Shown in pieces: positions 20,344 through 27,410 of a stretch of DNA of 64,000 nucleotides (position 1 is the stretch's first letter; each line of letters begins with the position of its first letter). The stretch lies in the NCBI GenBank assembly GCA_016186695.1, contig JACPLC010000007.1, forward strand, positions 11,928-75,927, written 5' to 3'. Both the position numbers and the translations under genes were made by a program. A model generated the notes under the pieces. The model searched no databases. It was given only the letters and a program-made list of their open reading frames with translations, and had not been told where the DNA came from. Source of the stretch: Candidatus Kaiserbacteria bacterium (GTDB lineage Bacteria; Patescibacteriota; Minisyncoccia; Phycocordibacterales; UBA2100).

Positions 20344-20654
20344 CCTTCCGCCTTCAGGTCGTTGATGACATCATCGACCGAGCGGTCTTGCGAGAACGTT
20401 CGCTCGCTTCCCTCCGGCTCCTCGATTTTGAGATTTACCCGCGCGTCGTTCTTCATACCGACGACGCGAAGGATGGTGCGAATCGCCTTCGCCGTCTGCC
20501 CGGAGCGACCAATAACCTTCCCCATGTCGTCTTTGTGCACGGAGAGCGTGAGAAGCACGCCCATCTCGTCCACCGTGCGGTTAATTTTGACGTCGTTTGG
20601 ATTGTCTACCAATGCCTTCACAACGTACTCCAGAAATTGCTGATCCCGTTCCAT
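20340..20654 (-). CDS. KH-domain RNA-binding protein (YlqC/UPF0109 family)
   Basis: KH motif VIGRSGQTAKAIRTIL; sits between rpsP and trmD as in the canonical operon; 4-nt overlap with trmD. Confidence 0.8.
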   Translation of the reverse strand: MERDQQFLEYVVKALVDNPNDVKINRTVDEMGVLLTLSVHKDDMGKVIGRSGQTAKAIRTILRVVGMKNDARVNLKIEEPEGSERTFSQDRSVDDVINDLKAEG

Positions 20655-20700
20655 ACCGAATAGTCTGTAGTTAGTAGTAAGTAGTCAGTAGTATAGCAAA

Positions 20701-21150
20701 CTACTCCTTTTTTTCACCTGCTGCCTCAGCTACTGCTTCAGCTGCAGCTTGTGGCTCATCTTTCAACTCAGGTGCGGGAACTTCCTCCTTTGGAGCTTCT
20801 TGTGGTGAGCTTGTCGAATCCGCGGCGGCGACTTCCTTGCCCTCCGTAGCTTCAGCGGAGGAGGGCTCCTTTTGGGGAGGGCTTTTCTTGGGCAACACGT
20901 TCACTTTCTTTCCCTCGATGATACCTGTCGAAATGAGCATGTTATGCATGGTGCCGGAAGCCTTCGCGCCCACCGAGAGCCAGTACTTGATGCGGTCGGT
21001 ATTCAAATTGCGCTCCTTTGTCTTCGGGTTGTAGGTGCCGAGCTTCTCGACAATATTTCCCGTCTTCGGGCTTTCGGTGTGCTCGGTCACAATAATGCGA
21101 AACGTCGGCATGTTCGTCCTGCCGGTCCGTTGCATCCTGATCTTCAACAT
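20701..21150 (-). CDS. rpsP: 30S ribosomal protein S16 with ~65-aa low-complexity C-terminal extension
   Basis: MLKIRMQRTGRTNMPTFRIIV...YNP S16 core. Confidence 0.9.
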   Translation of the reverse strand: MLKIRMQRTGRTNMPTFRIIVTEHTESPKTGNIVEKLGTYNPKTKERNLNTDRIKYWLSVGAKASGTMHNMLISTGIIEGKKVNVLPKKSPPQKEPSSAEATEGKEVAAADSTSSPQEAPKEEVPAPELKDEPQAAAEAVAEAAGEKKE

Positions 21151-21177
21151 AACCGCGACACTCTACACAAAATGTGC

Positions 21178-23385
21178 CTATTTCGCAACACGTTCCGCCT
21201 CTTCCAGCTTGACCGAGAGTAACTTCGAGACACCGTCGCCGCCCATGGTGACGCCGTAGAGCTCGCCAGCGGCGGCCATCGTGGCACGGTTGTGGGTGAT
21301 GACAATAAGCTGGGATTTCGCCGCAAGTTCGCCGACCATGTCGGCATAGCGCTTTGAATTCGCCTCGTCGAGCGCCGCGTCGGTTTCGTCAAGCACGAGA
21401 AACGGCGGGGGATTCACCTGCGTCATTGAAAAGATGAGGGCGATCGAGGTGAGCGCGCGCTCGCCTCCCGAGAGCACCTCGAGTCCGCGGATTTTTTTGC
21501 GTGGAAGCGAAACAGAAATCGAGAGGCCAGCATACAATTCTTCCTCTTCCGGAATCTCCTCTTCATCTTCGTCCATTTCTTCAAGCGCCGCCCTCGAAAC
21601 ACGGCGCGGCTGCTCAACGGCGAGCTTCGCGTGTCCCCCGCCGAAAAGTTTCGTGAAGAAATTTCCCAGTGCTTCGTTGATCCCTTTCAAGCCTTCCTGA
21701 AAACGCGCGTCAATTGTCTTTTCGAGCTCTGCAATAAGGTCTTTCAGCGACGCCGCGGATTTCTCGAGATCGACGAGTTCTTTTCCCAAAAATTCATCGC
21801 GCTCCTTTGTCTGCCTGAATTCCTGTACGATCTGCTCACCGCTCCCTGTCCCCGATTCTTCTATCTTTATCTTCAAGCGCTCTATCTCTCGTCGGCGCTT
21901 TTCCTGCGCGCCCCTATCTTCTGAAAGTGCGCCAGTGGGAATGCCGGCATTCTCCCATGCGCGAACGCCGGCACCGACCAGTGCAACCCCCTCGCGCACC
22001 TCATCCTCAAAGCGCTGGCGCGAGGCAGCGACACTTGCCCGCGCAGCCTGCACACCCGCAAGCTTTCCCTGCGCCTCGCGCACGGAAGCTTCGAGCTCCA
22101 CCAATTCGCGCTCGGCGGTGAATCCCTTCTCCCGTGTTTCCCCGATTTTTTTGCGTAAATCCTCGAGCTCGCCCGCAAGCGCACTTTCTTCCTTTTGCAC
22201 CTGCTCGAGTGACTGGGAGAGCGTTTTCACCTGCTGACGCGCCTCTTCATTCGTGACAGGCGCCGTGCCCGAAAGTCCTTCAATAAATGACCTGATGCGG
22301 CTTCGGATGTCGGACAACGTATTGCGGATGCGCGAAATGTCGTCCACACGCTCGAGCTCCGAGACAGTCGCATCGAGTTCGCGCGCAAAGTTCCGCACGT
22401 GCGGCACCGGCACAATTGCCTCAACAGTCACCGTGTTTGCCTCCAGCGCTCCTTCCGCCCGCCCGAGCTCTCGTGCAAGCCGCTCGCTTTCGCGGCGCGC
22501 CTCCGAGAGCTTCCCCTCGCGTTCGGAGAGCTTTTTCTGCAAACCTGCGAGCGCGTCACCTCCTGCACCACTGCTCGCAGAACGCGTTCGCGATACCGAC
22601 TCGGAAAGCTTCTTGAGCTCCCCGGCAAGTGCCTGCTCTTCCTGCCGCAAACGCGCGTCTTCCTGCGTTATCCACGCGTTTTCGCGCGCGAGGTAGTCAT
22701 TCAGCTTTTCTGCAAGTGTCGCCTTCATCTCCCGCGCTTTCTCGATTTTCTCCACCTGCTGGCGAAGGAACATGAGGTGCGGCGCGAGCTCTCTGCGGAG
22801 CGATTTTGTTTTGTCGATATTCACGCCGGTCTCGTCGAGTTTGCGCTCGCTCTCGGCTTTCTTGTGCTGGTAGAGTTTGAGGCCGAGCGCATCCTCTACC
22901 ATCTCGCGCCGTTCGCGCGGCGAAGCATTCAAAATACGGTCGGCTTCGCCCTGCGAAATGATCTGATAGCCGCTTCCACCGATGTTCGCACCCGCGAGAA
23001 GGCGAATCACATCTTTGAGCCTCACCTGTGTGCCGTTCAATAGGTACTCATTCTGCCCGTCGCGATGGACGACGCGCTCAATAACCACTTCGCTAAAATC
23101 GATATCCAAAAGCCGTTTGGAGTTGTCGAACACGACCTTCACTGATGCTCGATTCATGCGCGAAAGCGAAGGCGAGCCGCCCCAGATAAGATCCTCACCC
23201 TTTTTCGAGCGCATGCTCTTCATCGACTGCTCGCCCAAGACGAAGCGAAAACCCTCTGCGACGTTGGATTTTCCACTGCCATTGGGCCCTACGACCGCAA
23301 CAATCGGTGAGCCGAACACGAGCTCGGTCTTTTTGCCAAATGATTTAAAACCAGCGAGCTCGATGGATTTCAGGCTGCGGAACAT
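21178..23385 (-). CDS. smc: SMC-family chromosome segregation ATPase, short form (735 aa) without a recognisable hinge
   Basis: N-terminal Walker A (VVGPNGSGKSNV), long coiled coil, C-terminal signature LSGGERALTSIALIF and Walker B LVLDETDAALD. Confidence 0.75.
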   Translation of the reverse strand: MFRSLKSIELAGFKSFGKKTELVFGSPIVAVVGPNGSGKSNVAEGFRFVLGEQSMKSMRSKKGEDLIWGGSPSLSRMNRASVKVVFDNSKRLLDIDFSEVVIERVVHRDGQNEYLLNGTQVRLKDVIRLLAGANIGGSGYQIISQGEADRILNASPRERREMVEDALGLKLYQHKKAESERKLDETGVNIDKTKSLRRELAPHLMFLRQQVEKIEKAREMKATLAEKLNDYLARENAWITQEDARLRQEEQALAGELKKLSESVSRTRSASSGAGGDALAGLQKKLSEREGKLSEARRESERLARELGRAEGALEANTVTVEAIVPVPHVRNFARELDATVSELERVDDISRIRNTLSDIRSRIRSFIEGLSGTAPVTNEEARQQVKTLSQSLEQVQKEESALAGELEDLRKKIGETREKGFTAERELVELEASVREAQGKLAGVQAARASVAASRQRFEDEVREGVALVGAGVRAWENAGIPTGALSEDRGAQEKRRREIERLKIKIEESGTGSGEQIVQEFRQTKERDEFLGKELVDLEKSAASLKDLIAELEKTIDARFQEGLKGINEALGNFFTKLFGGGHAKLAVEQPRRVSRAALEEMDEDEEEIPEEEELYAGLSISVSLPRKKIRGLEVLSGGERALTSIALIFSMTQVNPPPFLVLDETDAALDEANSKRYADMVGELAAKSQLIVITHNRATMAAAGELYGVTMGGDGVSKLLSVKLEEAERVAK

Positions 23386-23445
23386 TGAACCTCATTGTAT
23401 CAAATAACAAGCCCCGGAGCGGATTCCCCGGGGCCATCGGTTCAA

Positions 23446-23670
23446 TTACCACGAGAGCGAAAACAGGTCGAAGTTGTTATTCTTTGCGATACACCGAAGA
23501 AAAAAAGTGATCGCGAGAATCGCCATATAAGACGTTGCTCTCATGTACTTGAGCGCCTTATGTATGTCGTTCTGGACCGTAGCAACGATGCCTAATCCCC
23601 AAAAGTAAAAGAACGGAGCCACTAGTCCGGCAAGTACGACCCACTGGAAGGTCGTCAGTATTTCCGTCAT
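23446..23670 (-). CDS. Small hypothetical membrane protein (74 aa)
   Basis: ORF with two hydrophobic helices only. Confidence 0.25.
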   Translation of the reverse strand: MTEILTTFQWVVLAGLVAPFFYFWGLGIVATVQNDIHKALKYMRATSYMAILAITFFLRCIAKNNNFDLFSLSW

Positions 23671-23815
23671 GACAACCTCCCATTGATATGCCGCTGCGAA
23701 GACTTTGCCTTACCATCCTTTTGCCGTCAATGCTTTCTCCGTTTCCTTTTCACTCGTCCTCCAACCGTTCCCAGCTGCTTCCAATCACCCGGTATTCTAC
23801 TATGTTACAATTTAC

Positions 23816-23827
23816 GTACATATGTAC
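23816..23827. promoter_or_regulatory. Perfect 12-bp palindrome GTACATATGTAC upstream of the Cas2-like gene
   Basis: Related motif repeated inside the 30-nt palindrome 24406-24435 downstream of the same gene. Confidence 0.35.
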
Positions 23828-23848
23828 TTAAATCGGAATACCTCCCCT

Positions 23849-24397
23849 ATGAAGATACGCCGACCGAGCGAGAAGACTCTTAGAATACTGAAGATGATCG
23901 CGCTTGGGACCCTGATAATCGGTATCGGAGCCGCTCCCTCTCCGCGCGCAATAGCGCGTGTATTCCGGGAGCTCAAGATAAGCGACTCACCCAAAAACAG
24001 AAAGTGGATAAAGAGGAAGCTCTATGGTTTGCATGAGCAACAATACGTTTCTATCCGCGACGACAGCTATACGCTCTCTGAGGTGGGGCAACGCGTCATC
24101 GCAGAACACAAGTTATGGGCGCTCTCAATACCGCAGCCCAAAAAATGGGATGGAGTGTGGCATATCGTCGTATTTGATATTCCTCAAGAAAAATCAAACG
24201 TGCGAATCCCTTTTATACGGCATCTTCAGAACCTCGGACTGATTTTCTATCAGCGCTCGGTGTGGATTCACCCGTTCCCGTGCGAGGACGAAGTCCGTGA
24301 GATTGCTGACTTTCAAGGCATCCTTCCGTTTGTCTCTTTCATCAAAGCTACACATGTCGACGGCTCTCATGCGCTGCGGAAGTATTTTAAGCTGTAA
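23849..24397 (+). CDS. Membrane-anchored protein with C-terminal Cas2/VapD-like domain (paralog 1)
   Basis: N-terminal TM (LRILKMIALGTLIIGIGAAP); C-terminal WHIVVFDIP..R..FIRHLQNLG..YQRSVWIHPFPCEDEV matching the Cas2 beta1-alpha1-beta2 pattern (lVvYDis..RR..v.k.L..yG.RvQ.SVFeC); paralog of 57370-57969. Confidence 0.45.
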   Translation: MKIRRPSEKTLRILKMIALGTLIIGIGAAPSPRAIARVFRELKISDSPKNRKWIKRKLYGLHEQQYVSIRDDSYTLSEVGQRVIAEHKLWALSIPQPKKWDGVWHIVVFDIPQEKSNVRIPFIRHLQNLGLIFYQRSVWIHPFPCEDEVREIADFQGILPFVSFIKATHVDGSHALRKYFKL

Positions 24398-24405
24398 TAC
24401 TGACT

Positions 24406-24435
24406 CCGACTTATGTACATATGTATATAAGTCGG
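24406..24435. promoter_or_regulatory. 30-nt near-perfect palindrome CCGACTTATGTACAT|ATGTATATAAGTCGG
   Basis: Sits between the Cas2-like stop (24395-24397) and the rnc stop; no T-run, so not a classic terminator. Confidence 0.35.
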
Positions 24436-24450
24436 AAAACTCGCGTCGGA

Positions 24451-25137
24451 TTACCAGCCTTTTGCGGCAAGGGCTTTTTGTGCGGCGTCCTGTTCTGCTT
24501 CCTGCTTTGAACGACCCTCGCCGTTTGCGAGGCGTTCATCGCCAATGCGTGCGGCAACGACGAATCGTTTGTCGTGGTCGGGCCCCGATTGGCTCATCAG
24601 TTCGTAGGTAGGCGTAATGCCCACAGTGCCTTGCGCGATTTCCTGCAATTTGCTCTTCGCGTCTTGCCAGAGGCGCTTCGAGACGACTTCGTCAGTCTTG
24701 TGGAAGAGCTGGGTTTCGATAAATTTTTGCGCCGCGCCATATCCCGCGTCGAGGTAGATGGCCCCGATGAGAGCTTCAAATGCATTCGCAAGAATTATCT
24801 CCCGCGCGCGGCCGGTGTCGCGCGCCTCGCCGCGCGAGAGCAGGAGGTAATCGTTCATGCCGAGTTTCGTTGCGGCATCCGAAATACTCTGCGTATTGAC
24901 GAGGGCCGCGCGATAGGCTGTGAGATCGCCTTCCGGCTTATCAGGATATTTCACGTACAAAAACTCCGTGACCGCGAGCTCCAAGACGGCATCGCCCAAA
25001 AACTCCAATCGCTCGTTGTGGTCGCGCCCGAGCTCACGATTTTCGTTCAAATACGAGCGGTGCGTGAACGCCTGCTCGAGAAGATTCTTGGTCTTGAACG
25101 TATAGCCGATCTTCTTTTCGAATGGTCCGAATTCCAT
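24451..25137 (-). CDS. rnc: Ribonuclease III
   Basis: ERLEFLGDAVLELAVTEFLY RNase III signature plus C-terminal dsRBD. Confidence 0.9.
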   Translation of the reverse strand: MEFGPFEKKIGYTFKTKNLLEQAFTHRSYLNENRELGRDHNERLEFLGDAVLELAVTEFLYVKYPDKPEGDLTAYRAALVNTQSISDAATKLGMNDYLLLSRGEARDTGRAREIILANAFEALIGAIYLDAGYGAAQKFIETQLFHKTDEVVSKRLWQDAKSKLQEIAQGTVGITPTYELMSQSGPDHDKRFVVAARIGDERLANGEGRSKQEAEQDAAQKALAAKGW

Positions 25138-25138
25138 G

Positions 25139-26053
25139 TTATTTCTGCTCTTTCTTTGCGAGCGCGTTTATCGCAGGAATGATTATTTTCAGAGTATCGT
25201 CATAAAAGTTCAAATCCCCCACTGAGGAAAGCGGAAACCATTGCGCATCATCCAAGCCGCCGGAAGAGCCTAGCTTGAGTTCGGCAAAAGGCGACTCGGC
25301 CAAAAAGTACGTGACGCGTTTTCGCTTCTTGCCGCCCTCCACCTTCGAGTCGTTCGCGATGTATTCGTTCACGCCGAGCTCCTGCACGATCGCTATGTCG
25401 AGACCCATCTCTTCTTTTATTTCGCGCACCGCGCCTGCGGGTACGTCCTCGTTCTCCTCGATCTTTCCCTTTGAGATCGTCCAGTGCCCGAAAATGTCGT
25501 GCACGAACGCGAGATAGGTTTCTCCCTTGTTCTTCGCATACACGACAGCGCCAGCGAGGTGCTCGGTCGGCATCTTTGTGGGTTTCTGCCCTTGCTTTTT
25601 TCGCGCCGCGCCCTCGTTCTTGCCCGGCTCGCCGAGCTCGATGTAGACAGCACCCAAAACGCCGTTTACAAATCGTCCCGAGGAGTTTGAACCGAAGGTT
25701 TTAGCGAGTTCGATCGCCTCATTAATAGCAACTTTGGCAGGCACCTGCGTGCGGTCGGCAAAGAGGAGCTCAGAGAGACCGAGGCGGAGCACATTGCGAT
25801 CGATCGCCGCAATTTTTTCGAGCGGCCACTCGGGTGCTGCGCGTACGATGACCTCATCGATCTCTTTTTGCTTTGCGACAGCCGTCTGCAAAAGCTGCTT
25901 CATGAACGGCATGTCACTCTCACGAGCGCCAAATTCTTTTGCGTATTCGGCAAGGCGCGAGATCGCCTCCTCGTTCCCCATTTTTCCGCTCGATTGATCC
26001 CGTTCGAAAAGGACTTGAAGAACAACAGAGCGGGCTAGATGTCGGTTGGCCAT
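25139..26053 (-). CDS. nusB: NusB antitermination factor fused to a C-terminal NUDIX hydrolase domain
   Basis: N-terminal ~150 aa NusB (RHLARSVVLQVLFERD...VAINEAIELAKTFGSNSSGRFVNGVLG); C-terminal Nudix box GHWTISKGKIEENEDVPAGAVREIKEEMGLD. Confidence 0.75.
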   Translation of the reverse strand: MANRHLARSVVLQVLFERDQSSGKMGNEEAISRLAEYAKEFGARESDMPFMKQLLQTAVAKQKEIDEVIVRAAPEWPLEKIAAIDRNVLRLGLSELLFADRTQVPAKVAINEAIELAKTFGSNSSGRFVNGVLGAVYIELGEPGKNEGAARKKQGQKPTKMPTEHLAGAVVYAKNKGETYLAFVHDIFGHWTISKGKIEENEDVPAGAVREIKEEMGLDIAIVQELGVNEYIANDSKVEGGKKRKRVTYFLAESPFAELKLGSSGGLDDAQWFPLSSVGDLNFYDDTLKIIIPAINALAKKEQK

Positions 26054-26097
26054 ATCAGCACAAAAGATCAGACGAACGAAAGAGCAAAAGGTTTCAA

Positions 26098-26370
26098 TTA
26101 TGATTGCGTGGTTTCTTTTTCCTTATCCTCGCTAATCTGTCCGGATTCACGGAGAGCTGTTTGGCGCCTCTTATCGCGGCGTGTCTGCCGCTTTGCACGG
26201 GCAACGACATCGATAACGATGCGACCATTGTATTTCCCGCAGGATGCGCACGCGGTGTGCGGCAAACGATAGCTCCCGCACTCGCATTTCACCAAAGCTG
26301 CGCCCGTGAGCGCATGATGGCTCCGCCGTTTTGCGGTTTCAGACCTATTTCGGCGCATTCGCACTACCAT
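26098..26370 (-). CDS. rpmF: 50S ribosomal protein L32 with C-terminal extension
   Basis: RRNRSETAKRRSHHALTGAALVKCECGSYRLPHTACASCGKYNGR matches the L32 core. Confidence 0.8.
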   Translation of the reverse strand: MVVRMRRNRSETAKRRSHHALTGAALVKCECGSYRLPHTACASCGKYNGRIVIDVVARAKRQTRRDKRRQTALRESGQISEDKEKETTQS

Positions 26371-26393
26371 AGTGAAAAGAGTATACAGAAATT

Positions 26394-27077
26394 TCAACGA
26401 AGAGCAAACTTGCGGCTATAGCTTACGCGATGAATTTCGCAGAGACCGAAGCGTCGGATCGCCTCTCGGTGAAGTTCGGTTGGGTAGCCTTTGTGGATTT
26501 CGAATCCGTAGTTTGGGAACCGTTTTGCAAATTTTGTCATGAGTCTGTCCCGCCGCACTTTCGCAACGATAGACGCGAGAGAAATAATCGGGACAAGCGC
26601 GTCGCCGTGAATGATCGTCTCCTGCTCGTAGCGCGAGGGCGCGTAGAGCAAACCGTCGAGGAGGATGCGCACACCCTCGGGCGAGGAAGATAGGGCACTC
26701 ACGCAGCGCTGCACCGCTTTGCGCACTGCGCGCGTTATACCAAACTCGTCTATGTATGCGTGATCAGCGAAGCGTACGCAAAAAGAAAGCTCCCCGGTTT
26801 TCATTCGCGCTTCTGCTTCCTCATATATCTCGTCGCGCTTCTTCGGCGAAAGGAGCTTGGAGTCTTTCACCTCCGGAAACATTTTCAAAACGTCGAACGT
26901 TTCCGGCACAATGACGGCCCCTACCGAAACTGGCCCCGCAAGCGGCGCCCGCCCTGCTTCGTCGACTCCGATCAGGTAGTGCACCACTACATCATAACAA
27001 ACGGGCCACTCCTTCGTCAGAGCGGCCCATCGCGATGATATGGTTATCGCTTCCCATGAAGACCGCGGTACAAGCAC
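26394..27077 (-). CDS. rnhB: Ribonuclease HII
   Basis: IGVDEAGRAPLAGPV signature; start likely a GTG/TTG, so the true N-terminus is uncertain. Confidence 0.85.
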   Translation of the reverse strand: MLVPRSSWEAITISSRWAALTKEWPVCYDVVVHYLIGVDEAGRAPLAGPVSVGAVIVPETFDVLKMFPEVKDSKLLSPKKRDEIYEEAEARMKTGELSFCVRFADHAYIDEFGITRAVRKAVQRCVSALSSSPEGVRILLDGLLYAPSRYEQETIIHGDALVPIISLASIVAKVRRDRLMTKFAKRFPNYGFEIHKGYPTELHREAIRRFGLCEIHRVSYSRKFALR

Positions 27078-27175
27078 GGTTGCTCATTGCGAAGGAGCGA
27101 CGTGACCGGGCCATGGGTCCTATCTGGCACGGGGCTTACAGGGCCTTGCCTATTTTGGGGAGGTTTATACGGCGA

Positions 27176-27214
27176 CCCCTTTTGGGGTTGCCTGTTCCCC
27201 TTTTGGCTTGCCTG
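27176..27214. repeat. Tandem ~19-nt direct repeat CCCCTTTTGG(GG)TTGCCTG x2, with a related third copy at 27145-27165
   Basis: Lies in a ~330-400-nt non-coding gap between divergent rnhB and dnaE. Confidence 0.5.
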
Positions 27215-27395
27215 CAGATGTTCAGCCAAGTCCCGCTCGAAGGTTTTCGACACGTGAGTTACTCCCATTGATGATCGGACCTCGGCTCCGACCTGCCGCC
27301 TCATGTATATACTTGATTTACCATTCCCACTCTAACGATTTACCTGAAAGGAGTCAAAGCCCCTACGTGGCGGACAGCTGTGCAAAAACTCCTAG

Positions 27396-27404
27396 TGGTA
27401 TACT
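27396..27404 (+). promoter_or_regulatory. Extended -10 element TGgTATACT ending 6 nt before the dnaE ATG (leaderless candidate)
   Basis: TGnTATACT at 27396-27404; ATG at 27411. Confidence 0.35.
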
Positions 27405-27410
27405 CGATTC

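Noticed and set aside
27078-27410. RNase P RNA, SRP RNA or tmRNA in the rnhB-dnaE gap
   Set aside because: I looked for the P4 helix strands (AGGAAAGUCCGG / ACAGAACCCGGCUUA), the SRP domain IV GGAAGGAAGCAGC motif, and the tmRNA 5' GGGG / T-arm. I found only weak partial matches on either strand.
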